Shown here piece after piece: positions 1-8,256 of a stretch of DNA of 37,993 nt. The stretch is from Bacillota bacterium (GTDB lineage Bacteria > Bacillota > Clostridia > Peptostreptococcales > Anaerovoracaceae): the NCBI GenBank assembly GCA_030530305.1, contig JAUMVF010000003.1, positions 1 to 37,993 of the forward strand, read 5' to 3'. The translations under genes and the position numbers were made by a program. The first letter of the stretch is position 1; each line of letters starts with the position of its first letter. A model generated the notes under the pieces. That model worked only from the letters and a program-made list of their open reading frames with translations. It made no database searches and was not told the origin of the DNA.

Positions 1-84
1 TGATGACGATGACGGCGATGACGACGACTGACCGCAGGCCGATACGATAAATTTCTGTCATCTTGTTTTTATTCTCAAAAATAG

Positions 85-113
85 GGTACAAACTCTACGA
101 CATGTGGTATAAT
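85..113 (+). promoter_or_regulatory. putative sigma-A promoter for the small NrdD-like gene
   Basis: Extended -10 TGgTATAAT at 105-113. Weak -35 GGTACA at 85-90 with 17-nt spacing. Lies about 30 nt upstream of the AGGAG RBS. Confidence 0.4.
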
Positions 114-144
114 CCTAAGGTAGGGAAAAAAGGAGATGATATTA

Positions 145-435
145 ATGAGTATCGCAATAACAGGAAACTGCGCTCCGGAAGAGCAGCAGGCATATGTAGA
201 TTATCTGCAGGAAAAATACAACCGCAAACTTGACTCTCTCGACATCAACATCGACGGGGAATACGCGGATCTGCATTATACTTTTACAAAAGAGCCTTTT
301 GAGAGAATCAGAAGGATAACAGGCTATCTCGTAGGTACCATGGACCACTGGAACGACGCCAAGACGGCGGAGGAAAGAGACCGCGTAAAGCACTCTCTTG
401 AAGACTGTTCATGCTCACCGATGGAGAAGCTCTGA
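145..435 (+). CDS. small (96 aa) stand-alone protein resembling the C-terminal glycyl-radical loop of anaerobic (class III) ribonucleotide reductase NrdD
   Basis: The sequence ...FERIRRITGYLVGTMDHWNDAKTAEERDRVKHS fits the NrdD C-terminal pattern R-[VI]-x-G-Y-L-x...N-x-x-K-x-x-E-x-x-x-R-V-K-H. AGGAG at 131-135 sits 9 nt before the ATG at 145; the track's ATG at 136 abuts the RBS. The gene has its own promoter and terminator. Confidence 0.6.
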   Translation: MSIAITGNCAPEEQQAYVDYLQEKYNRKLDSLDINIDGEYADLHYTFTKEPFERIRRITGYLVGTMDHWNDAKTAEERDRVKHSLEDCSCSPMEKL

Positions 436-456
436 TACGGGCAGGCAGTAAGCGCA

Positions 457-494
457 GGCAGGTGTGAGAAACGCGCACCTGTCTTTTCAGTTTT
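457..494 (+). terminator. rho-independent terminator
   Basis: 8-bp stem ggcaggtg (457-464) / cacctgtc (476-483) with an 11-nt loop, followed by ttttcagtttt. Confidence 0.6.
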
Positions 495-513
495 ACCGGA
501 AGGAAGTTTATCT

Positions 514-1941
514 ATGAACAATTACAACAGTCCCCTCTCTGAGAGATATCCCAGCACGGAAATGAAGTACATCTTTTCACCGGAGAAAAAGTTCCGCACC
601 TGGCGGAAGCTCTGGATAGCTCTTGCTGAAACGGAAAAAGAACTGGGCCTCGACATTACGCAGGAGCAGATCGACCAGCTGAAGGAACACGCTGAAGATA
701 TCAACTACAAAGACGCGAAAGAGAGAGAAGCTGTAGTCAGACACGACGTTATGTCCCACGTGTACGCTTACGGGCTCCAGTGCCCCGACGCCAAGGGCAT
801 CATCCATCTTGGCGCCACGTCCTGCTATGTGGGGGACAATACCGACATCATCCTCATGAAAGAGGCTCTGGAACTGATACGCAAAAAGCTTCTGAACGTC
901 ATCGGTTCCCTGGCGTCCTTCGCTGATGAATACAAGAGTCTGCCGACTCTGGGATTCACCCACTTCCAGCCGGCGCAGCCGACTACCGTAGGCAAACGGG
1001 CGACCCTCTGGATCCAGGATCTTCTCATGGATCTTTCGGATCTTGAATATACGCTGGGTTCACTGATGCTGCTCGGTTCAAAAGGCACCACCGGCACACA
1101 GGCTTCTTTCCTTGAACTGTTTGACGGCGATATAGAAAAAGTAAAACAGATAGATCCGAAGATCGCGGAAAAGATGGGCTTTGCGGGATGCTATCCCGTA
1201 TCCGGCCAGACCTATTCCAGAAAAGTAGACAGCCGCGTGCTGAACGTACTTGCCGGGATAGCTCAGAGCGCCCATAAATTCTCGAATGACATCCGCCTCC
1301 TTCAGCATCTGAAGGAAATAGAGGAGCCTTTCGAAAAGAACCAGATCGGCTCATCGGCCATGGCCTACAAGCGCAACCCCATGAGGAGCGAAAGGATCGC
1401 TTCCCTTGCGAATCATGTGATGATGAACGCCATGAACCCTTCCGTGACAGCCGCTACCCAGTGGTTCGAAAGGACTCTGGACGATTCGGCAAACAAGAGA
1501 CTTTCTGTGCCCGAGGCCTTCCTGGCCACAGACGGCATTCTGGAATTATATATGAACGTGGCTTCCGGTCTTGTGGTTTATCCGAAGGTCATAGAGGCAA
1601 GGCTCATGAGCGAGCTTCCCTTCATGGCTACGGAAAACATCCTGATGGACGCAGTCAAAGCAGGCGGCGACAGACAGGAGCTGCATGAAAAGATCCGTCA
1701 GCATTCAATGGCTGCCGGAAAAAAAGTTAAAGAAGACGGCGCGCCGAACGATCTGGCGGACCGCATCGCGGCCGACCCGGCTTTCAATATGACGAAAGAC
1801 CAGATACTGGCCATAATGAAGCCGGAGAATTTCGTTGGCTGCGCACCGCAGCAGACCGAACGCTTCCTGAAAGAGTCGGTTCAGCCTGTCCTTGACAAAA
1901 ACAGGGACGTACTGGGGATGGAAGGAAAAGTAACGGTATAG
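514..1941 (+). CDS. purB: adenylosuccinate lyase
   Basis: 475-aa ORF with a typical PurB N-terminus (SPLSERY...EMKYIFS) and the fumarate-lyase signature GSSAMAYKRNP. RBS is GGAAGGA. Confidence 0.95.
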   Translation: MNNYNSPLSERYPSTEMKYIFSPEKKFRTWRKLWIALAETEKELGLDITQEQIDQLKEHAEDINYKDAKEREAVVRHDVMSHVYAYGLQCPDAKGIIHLGATSCYVGDNTDIILMKEALELIRKKLLNVIGSLASFADEYKSLPTLGFTHFQPAQPTTVGKRATLWIQDLLMDLSDLEYTLGSLMLLGSKGTTGTQASFLELFDGDIEKVKQIDPKIAEKMGFAGCYPVSGQTYSRKVDSRVLNVLAGIAQSAHKFSNDIRLLQHLKEIEEPFEKNQIGSSAMAYKRNPMRSERIASLANHVMMNAMNPSVTAATQWFERTLDDSANKRLSVPEAFLATDGILELYMNVASGLVVYPKVIEARLMSELPFMATENILMDAVKAGGDRQELHEKIRQHSMAAGKKVKEDGAPNDLADRIAADPAFNMTKDQILAIMKPENFVGCAPQQTERFLKESVQPVLDKNRDVLGMEGKVTV

Positions 1942-1963
1942 TTTTTAGAGGAGTTTTTATTCA

Positions 1964-3253
1964 ATGGTAACCGCTATAGTAGGCGCCAACTGGGGCGACG
2001 AAGGAAAAGGCAAGATCACAGATCTGCTTGCAAAAGAATCGGATATAGTCATACGCTTCCAGGGAGGAAGCAACGCAGGACATACTATTGTGAACGACTA
2101 CGGGAAATTTGCGCTGCATATGCTTCCTTCGGGAGTCTTTTACGGACACATCACCAACATTATCGGAAACGGTGTGGCGCTGAACATCCCTTATCTGCTG
2201 AATGAGATAAACGATATTACCGGGAAAGGTGTGCCGGAGCCTAAGATACTGGTATCCGACCGGGCTCACGTGGTAATGCCCTATCACATTCTCTTTGACG
2301 AATATGAAGAGGAACGCCTTGCCGGCAGATCCTTCGGTTCCACCAAATCAGGAATAGCTCCCTGTTACTCAGACAAATACGCCAAGATAGGCTTTCAGGT
2401 ATGCGACCTCTTTGAAGATAAAGAGACTCTCATGCCCAAGATAGAAAACGTATGCACCCTGAAAAACGTCCTGCTGAAAGATCTCTACCATAAGCCGCTT
2501 CTTGATCCGGAAGAGGTATACGGGACTCTGCTTCTGTACAGGGATATGATCAGACCGTATGTCTGCAACGTTTCCGCTCTTATGTACGACGCCATCCGCG
2601 AAGATAAGAACATTCTTCTGGAAGGTCAGCTGGGAGCGCTGAAAGATACAGATCACGGCATCTACCCAATGGTGACCTCTTCATCGACACTGGCAGGTTT
2701 TGCCAGTGTGGGAGCGGGCATACCGCCCTATACCATAACCCGCGTCATCACCGTAGTCAAAGCTTACTCCAGCGCTGTAGGCGCAGGTGCTTTCGTCAGC
2801 GAACTTTTCGGAGATGAAGCGGAAGAGCTGAGAAGAAGAGGCGGCGACGGCGGGGAATACGGCGCGACTACCGGAAGACCCAGAAGAGTCGGCTGGTTCG
2901 ACACTGTGGCCACACGTTACGGCTGCAGGATGCAGGGCGCCACAGAAGTCGCCCTCACAGTCCTTGATCCCCTGGGATATCTGGATGAGATCCCTATCTG
3001 CATAGGATATGAGATAGACGGCGAATTTACGGACCACTTCCCTAACTCAACTGAGCTTGACCGGGCCAAACCGGTTCTAAAAAAGCTTCCGGGGTGGAAA
3101 TGCGATATTACCGACATCCGCGATTTCGATCAGCTGCCGGATGAATGTAAAAATTATGTACTTGAAATAGAAAAGGCCATAGGTATACCTGTGACCATGA
3201 TATCCAATGGTCCCGACAGAGACCACCTGATCTGGAGAAAGTCCAGTCTGTAA
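1964..3253 (+). CDS. purA: adenylosuccinate synthetase
   Basis: GANWGDEGKGK P-loop at the N-terminus and GTTGRPRRVGWFD, over 429 aa. Confidence 0.97.
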   Translation: MVTAIVGANWGDEGKGKITDLLAKESDIVIRFQGGSNAGHTIVNDYGKFALHMLPSGVFYGHITNIIGNGVALNIPYLLNEINDITGKGVPEPKILVSDRAHVVMPYHILFDEYEEERLAGRSFGSTKSGIAPCYSDKYAKIGFQVCDLFEDKETLMPKIENVCTLKNVLLKDLYHKPLLDPEEVYGTLLLYRDMIRPYVCNVSALMYDAIREDKNILLEGQLGALKDTDHGIYPMVTSSSTLAGFASVGAGIPPYTITRVITVVKAYSSAVGAGAFVSELFGDEAEELRRRGGDGGEYGATTGRPRRVGWFDTVATRYGCRMQGATEVALTVLDPLGYLDEIPICIGYEIDGEFTDHFPNSTELDRAKPVLKKLPGWKCDITDIRDFDQLPDECKNYVLEIEKAIGIPVTMISNGPDRDHLIWRKSSL

Positions 3254-3268
3254 TACGGGAGAAGAACT

Positions 3269-4414
3269 ATGTACAAAGCAACTATGCGTTCTGCGTGGGC
3301 AGAAATCAACCTGATCAATCTCGAACACAATCTGAGAAGCATAAGGGCAAAAGTCGGCTTTGACAAAGAGATAATCGCAGTAGTAAAGGCCGACGCCTAC
3401 GGCCACGGCTCTGTTAAAGTCGCAAAAACGCTGAAGGAAAACGGCGTTACGACTTTCGCGGTATCTTCAATTGAAGAAGCCATGACCCTCAGAGAAGGCG
3501 GGATCAAAGACACCATCGTGCTGTTCTGTCTGGTTCCCGATATATGCGCCGACATAATCATCGAACAGGATCTTGTTCCCATGGTCAGCAACTATTCCTC
3601 CGCCAAGGCTTATTCAGACGCGGCGGAAAGCGCCGGAACCACAGTCTCCGGTTACGTTGCCATAGATACAGGCATGGGAAGGATCGGCCTTCTCACCGAT
3701 GACGCCGACGCGGACGCTTCGGTGGAAGAGATAAAGAAGATAAACGGGCTTCCCGCGTTCAACATCCGCGGGATATTCTCCCATTTCTCCTGCGCGGACT
3801 GCGAAGACCAGAGTTTCTCGGCAGTCCAGCTGGACAGTTATAATAAATTCACCGAAAAGTTAAAGGCAGAAGGCATCGAAGGTGAGATGAATTCCTTCGC
3901 CAACAGCGCGGCGATCCTGGAACTGCCGGACGCGTATTATCAGGCTGTCCGCCCGGGAATCATCCTGTACGGCGCCTACCCTTCCGACGAGGTTCACAGG
4001 GAAAACCTTTCTCTGCTTCCGGTAATGTCCGTAAAGGCAAGGGTCGCTTATCTTAAGAATGTCAGCAAAGGCTTTTCGGTAAGTTACGGGCGGGCCTTCG
4101 TCACGGAAAGACCCAGCACCATAGCCACCGTAACAGTCGGCTACGCGGACGGTCTTCCCAGGAGATATTCGGGGAACGGACACGTGCTCATCAACGGCAG
4201 GAAGGTCCCCATCGTCGGCAACATCTGCATGGACCAGTGCATGATAGACGTAACCGATATCGAAGGGATCAAAGTCGGCGACGAAGTAGTGATCATGGGC
4301 TCCGAAGGTCCCAACTCGATCACTTCCGACGACATAGCCGCAGCTTCCGGGACCATCAATTACGAGATCCTCTGCGGCTTCGGAAAGAGACTGCCGAAGG
4401 TATATATAAAATAG
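3269..4414 (+). CDS. alr: alanine racemase
   Basis: PLP-lysine motif AVVKADAYGHG and C-terminal YEILCG..RLPKVY, over 381 aa. Confidence 0.95.
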   Translation: MYKATMRSAWAEINLINLEHNLRSIRAKVGFDKEIIAVVKADAYGHGSVKVAKTLKENGVTTFAVSSIEEAMTLREGGIKDTIVLFCLVPDICADIIIEQDLVPMVSNYSSAKAYSDAAESAGTTVSGYVAIDTGMGRIGLLTDDADADASVEEIKKINGLPAFNIRGIFSHFSCADCEDQSFSAVQLDSYNKFTEKLKAEGIEGEMNSFANSAAILELPDAYYQAVRPGIILYGAYPSDEVHRENLSLLPVMSVKARVAYLKNVSKGFSVSYGRAFVTERPSTIATVTVGYADGLPRRYSGNGHVLINGRKVPIVGNICMDQCMIDVTDIEGIKVGDEVVIMGSEGPNSITSDDIAAASGTINYEILCGFGKRLPKVYIK

Positions 4415-4606
4415 CTTTACCGCCCAGCCGGCAGGCTCCGGCGGGATATGAAAAAATATGTTAAAAACCCGGAAAATTTTTTCAAAAACGTTTGTATTTT
4501 CACAAAAACAACACATATTTTTTCTATAATTTAAACAGATATAAATCAGCAATGATTTATATAGCTTTCCTTCTTTTATTGGAAACACACAACACACACT
4601 TTAGGC

Positions 4607-4640
4607 AAAAGACCCCGCACCATGGGTCTTTTGTTTTTTT
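4607..4640 (+). terminator. rho-independent terminator (end of the alr 3'UTR or of an independent small transcript)
   Basis: Stem aaaagaccc (4607-4615) / gggtctttt (4624-4632) with an 8-nt loop and a T-rich tail ttgttttttt. Confidence 0.65.
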
Positions 4641-4750
4641 GACTTTTTCGGATGAATCGGCAGGGCCTGTCTGATATAATAGTCTGCGTAAAAGTTTATT
4701 CCGCCACGCGGCAGAAACCGCGGCGAAAACATACAAAACAGGGGTTTTTC

Positions 4751-5736
4751 ATGAGCACAAGAACGAAAAAGCATACATTCAAACTTAGGTTTTTCATTAT
4801 ACTTCTGATCGCGGTAGTGGCGGTCGGTATTCTGATATTCACCGTCTTCCGCGGACCCGAGACATTTGATCCGCCTGAAAAAGGCCATCTTCTCTATAAT
4901 CTGAAGCATTCACCGGCCTCCCAGGTGGAAAAAATCGACGTTGATCTGCACAGCAGATACGCGGCGGTCTACGATCTGACGGGCAAACGGCTTCTTTACA
5001 CTAAGAACGCTGACAAAAAAGCCCGCCCCGCGTCCCTTACCAAGGTCATGACCGCGATACTCGCCATTGAAAACATCGAAGATCTTGATAAAAAGATTGC
5101 TGTGCCCCGCAAGGTGGTCGACGATCTTGAAAAGACCGACCTGGCCAGACTGGGTCTTGTCCCCGGGGAAAACTCAGCGGACAGGAACTTCTGTACGGGC
5201 TTCTGCTGCCTTCAGCAGCTGACTGCGCCGACACTCTCGCTGTCGCGGCCGGGGGCTCAAAAAAAGCCTTCGTCAAGATGATGAACGAAAAAGCCAAAAG
5301 TCTTAAGATGAAGAATTCTTCGTTTGGAAATCCCATCGGAGATGATGATGACTTTACATATACTACAGCCAAGGACTATCTGAAACTGCTGCGCTACGCT
5401 CTGAAGAACAAGACTTTCAGGAAGGTTTTCTGCACGAAGAAATATGTCCTCCCATCTTCCAACAAAAGAAGTTATCCCATAAGCATGCATAATCTGACAT
5501 ACAGTAAATTCACGGGAAACGCGGATTATATCAAGGGCGGCAAGACCGGCACCACCGACGGGGCCCAGCTATGTCTCTGCACGCTGGGCGAACTGAACGC
5601 CAACAAGTATCTTACCGTGACCATGTACGCGAAACCAACGACCAAGCACCCTCTTCCCACCGGTGAGGACGCTACCGAAATATATGAAGAGATCGAAGAC
5701 AATGTCAATGATATAATCGAGAAAGAATATAAATAG
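4751..5736 (+). pseudogene. serine-type D-Ala-D-Ala carboxypeptidase (peptidase S11 / PBP5-like) split by a -1 frame change near 5165-5172
   Basis: ORF 4652-5281 carries the TM anchor and SxxK (ASLTKVMT). The other frame continues with KLSGQELLYGLLLPSAADCADTLAVAAGGSKKAFVKMMNEKAKSL... and KTG (GGKTGTT) to the stop at 5736. The two frames join at the run ccccggggaaaa. The probable start is ATG 4751 (MSTRTKKH...). Confidence 0.8.
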
Positions 5737-5746
5737 CGAAGATATT

Positions 5747-5777
5747 AAAAGGACGGCCTTGGAGCCGTCCTTTTTTT
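5747..5777. terminator. bidirectional rho-independent terminator between the convergent dac and aldolase genes
   Basis: aaaaggacggc-cttgga-gccgtccttttttt, with an A-run on the 5' side and a T-run on the 3' side. Confidence 0.75.
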
Positions 5778-5882
5778 ATTTCTGTTTTTTGGCGCGCATT
5801 GTTCAAGGTTTCTTAAGCGCCGCAATGTTTCATTTCCGGGTTTTGCGTTGCCGGTTCATGCGCGCAGGTTTTCATCCGCGGC

Positions 5883-6527
5883 TTATTTATCCTGACCGTA
5901 GGAGTTTTTCACGAATGCCTTCATAGCGTCCACATACTCCTGAGCCATAGGTTCGGGCTGTCCTATCTGCAGCGCTCCACGGTAAACTCTCGCCGTGACT
6001 TCCAGCACGATGGCCGTTTTCAGTGCCTGATCAGGGTCTTTTCCAAGGCAGACGGCTCCGTGGGAATCCAAAAGGCATGCCATTGCGTCACCCTCCAGAC
6101 AATCCGCGCAATTCAGCGCCAGTTCCTTTGTCCCCGGAAGCGCGTATTCCGCGACTTTTACAGGCTGGTTCAGCGCCTGGGCGGCCTCGTCCATGATGAT
6201 AGGCACCGGCTTTTTCAGGCAGGCGAAAACCAGCGAGTCTTCTGCGTGAGTGTGTATCACCGCGTTCACATCGCTTCTTCTTTTATAGATCTCCAGATGG
6301 AGGTCTTTTTCTATGGTTGGTTTCCTGTTTCCTTCAGTTACGCTGCCGGCGGCGTCACATACGACGATGTCCCCTTCCGTTATCTCGTCATATTTCATTG
6401 CGCTCGGGGTAAGGTATATCTTCCCCGTTTCCGGATCCCGGAGACTGATATTGCCCCAGGTCTCGGCGGTCAGGTGTTTTTCCAGGAGCGTCAGCCCCAG
6501 CTTTACCAGTTCTTTTTTATATTCCAT
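5883..6527 (-). CDS. class II aldolase/adducin-family protein (FucA/MtnB-like); probable 5-deoxy- or 5-methylthio-ribulose-1-phosphate aldolase
   Basis: GNISLRD, metal-ligand motif HTHAEDS and SHGAVCLG, over 214 aa. The start overlaps the mtnA stop by 11 nt. Confidence 0.8.
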   Translation of the reverse strand: MEYKKELVKLGLTLLEKHLTAETWGNISLRDPETGKIYLTPSAMKYDEITEGDIVVCDAAGSVTEGNRKPTIEKDLHLEIYKRRSDVNAVIHTHAEDSLVFACLKKPVPIIMDEAAQALNQPVKVAEYALPGTKELALNCADCLEGDAMACLLDSHGAVCLGKDPDQALKTAIVLEVTARVYRGALQIGQPEPMAQEYVDAMKAFVKNSYGQDK

Positions 6528-7608
6528 TTCTTTCCTTGTCTTCCTTCTGTTTTTCGAAAAGCGCAGCTATCGATTCCCTGTACGGAGGTCTGGCTATGCC
6601 GTATTCCGTAATGATCCCGCTTATATTCTCGTTGTCAGTAACATCGAAGGCCGGATTCAGCACTTTCACGCCGTGAGGTGCCATCGGCTCTTCATACCAT
6701 TTTTCCGTTACCTCGAAGCCCGGTCTTTCCTCGATGACTATATCGCTGCCGGATTCACAATTCAGATCTATGGTCGAAAGCGGCGCGCAGATATAGAACG
6801 GGATCCCGTAGTACTTCGCCAGTATTGCGACTCCCGATGTTCCGATCTTGTTGGCGGAATCCCCGTTGGCAGCGATCCTGTCAGCGCCGGTGAATACTAT
6901 GTCCACGAGCCCCTTCTTCATTACTATTGAAGCCATGTTGTCGCAGATCACAGTAACGTCAATGCCTTCAGCGTTCAGTTCGTAAGCTGTCAGGCGGCTT
7001 CCCTGAAGAAGCGGCCTCGTCTCATCGGCAAAGACCCTGATATCATATCCCTGTTCTTTTGCAAGATAGATGCCCGCCAGCGCTGTGCCGTACTTTATTG
7101 TCGCAAGGCGTCCCGCGTTACAGTGGGTCAGCACCGAATCGCCGTCATCCAAAAGCATCAGGGCGTTCTCCCCTATCATTCTGCATGTGCGGATATCATC
7201 TTCCTTTATCGCGTCAGCTTTTTTCAGCAGCTCTTCTTTGATCTCCTTTACCGGCTTGTCCTTGTTGGCCTGCACGGTCTTTTCCATCTGATCCAGAGCC
7301 CAGAACAAATTGACCGCGGTTGGTCTGGCGCCTGCAAGGTAATCCTTTTTCTCCTTGAATTCCGCGTAAAACTTATCAAAATCATCGGTCTCGATCTCTT
7401 TCGCGCCAAGATAGATGCCGTAAGCCGCGCAAACTCCAATTGCCGGGGCCCCTCTGACCTTCAGCTTGTATATAGCGTTGCGGATCTGCTCCTGTGTCCG
7501 CAGTTTTATTATCTTCTCTTCGCCGGGCAGAAGCGTCTGATCTATTGTTATTATCGCGTCTCCGCCTTTGTCGAGAGATATCGTCTCTTCAAGTTTCTTT
7601 CTGAACAA
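6517..7608 (-). CDS. mtnA: S-methyl-5-thioribose-1-phosphate isomerase (eIF-2B alpha/beta/delta-like)
   Basis: IDQTLLP, RGAPAIG, THCNAG, TGADRIAANGD.ANKIGT, over 363 aa. TTG start is preceded by AAGGAG at 7-nt spacing. Confidence 0.9.
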   Translation of the reverse strand: MFRKKLEETISLDKGGDAIITIDQTLLPGEEKIIKLRTQEQIRNAIYKLKVRGAPAIGVCAAYGIYLGAKEIETDDFDKFYAEFKEKKDYLAGARPTAVNLFWALDQMEKTVQANKDKPVKEIKEELLKKADAIKEDDIRTCRMIGENALMLLDDGDSVLTHCNAGRLATIKYGTALAGIYLAKEQGYDIRVFADETRPLLQGSRLTAYELNAEGIDVTVICDNMASIVMKKGLVDIVFTGADRIAANGDSANKIGTSGVAILAKYYGIPFYICAPLSTIDLNCESGSDIVIEERPGFEVTEKWYEEPMAPHGVKVLNPAFDVTDNENISGIITEYGIARPPYRESIAALFEKQKEDKERNGI

Positions 7609-7709
7609 TTGACTTCTCCTTTATTATCCCGTCCTTTATTTTACCGCCCCGGCCGTTCTGTGTTCCGGGCTTGTTTTCAGGTTCTGTTTCCCGGCCCTGT
7701 TTTCGGGGC

Positions 7710-8228
7710 TTATTTCCCGGGTGTAACCAGTCTGAGTTTTCCGCCGCACAGACATCTGTAGTCCTGCGTACGGGTGACAAGTCTTGATTTTCTGCGCCTT
7801 CCGATCTCCTTTCCGCATTTCTCACATCTGATGATATAGCGGACAGGTTCTTTTGTTTCCGGTTCCTCCAGCCCCAGTTCGTTGAACTTTGCTGTTCTCT
7901 TTATTTCGTATCCCCAGTCTTCATTCATGATCCGGGCATATGTTTTCCATTTCTCCCCGTGATCAAAGCACCCTCTGCAGGTATGGATGACCTCGTGGGC
8001 AAGTATCTCCCGGATCTTTTCCTCAGGGATCTCCCCCGAAAGCAGCCGTTCGTTGATCTCTATGTAGAAATCCCGACCTTTCTTTCTGCAGGCGGCAAAC
8101 CGCTTCTTCGCTCTCGCGTTACTGCAGACTTCCGTTGAAATGCGTCTGCTTACCGGTATGCCGGAGGCTTTCGCTTCGGAAATTACTCTTTTTAAAAGTC
8201 CTTCTGCTTTTTGCTTGCTGATTTCCAT
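7710..8228 (-). CDS. SprT-like zinc metalloprotease-domain protein with a C-terminal zinc ribbon
   Basis: HEVIH (HExxH) motif, then CEKCG...CLCGG (CxxC...CxC), over 172 aa. Confidence 0.75.
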   Translation of the reverse strand: MEISKQKAEGLLKRVISEAKASGIPVSRRISTEVCSNARAKKRFAACRKKGRDFYIEINERLLSGEIPEEKIREILAHEVIHTCRGCFDHGEKWKTYARIMNEDWGYEIKRTAKFNELGLEEPETKEPVRYIIRCEKCGKEIGRRRKSRLVTRTQDYRCLCGGKLRLVTPGK

Positions 8229-8240
8229 ATGTTTCCAGTT

Positions 8241-8256
8241 TGTTTCACGTGAAACT
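8241..8256. promoter_or_regulatory. parS site (15/16 match to TGTTNCACGTGAAACA)
   Basis: tgtttcacgtgaaact, overlapping the parB stop codon. Confidence 0.8.

Noticed and set aside
1-31. gat/gac-rich repeat at the window edge.
   Set aside because: In frame 2 it reads ...DDDDGDDDD followed by TGA, the acidic C-terminal tail of a truncated upstream gene. It is not a DNA repeat element, and the protein cannot be identified from 10 codons.
4492-4674. 60-aa ORF in the alr-dac spacer.
   Set aside because: It has no RBS and an extremely AT-rich, hydrophobic or low-complexity translation, and it reads straight through an intrinsic terminator hairpin.
5161-5175. Programmed -1 ribosomal frameshift in the carboxypeptidase gene.
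   Set aside because: In the zero frame (CCC GGG GAA AAC) there is no X XXY YYZ slippery heptamer, and I see no obvious downstream stimulatory structure. Indel or sequencing error in the G4A4 run is simpler.
5791-5856. 8-nt perfect inverted repeat GCGCGCAT...ATGCGCGC enclosing about 50 nt, with recurring GTTTCAT-like motifs, downstream of the aldolase gene.
   Set aside because: It lies in the convergent-terminator gap next to a strong bidirectional terminator. It has no promoter or ORF context, and the inner region does not fold convincingly, so it is probably incidental 3' structure.
7609-7709. SAM-I (S-box) riboswitch upstream of mtnA; likewise upstream of metY at 31736-31788.
   Set aside because: No S-box core sequences are present, and both spacers are too short (about 100 nt and about 50 nt).
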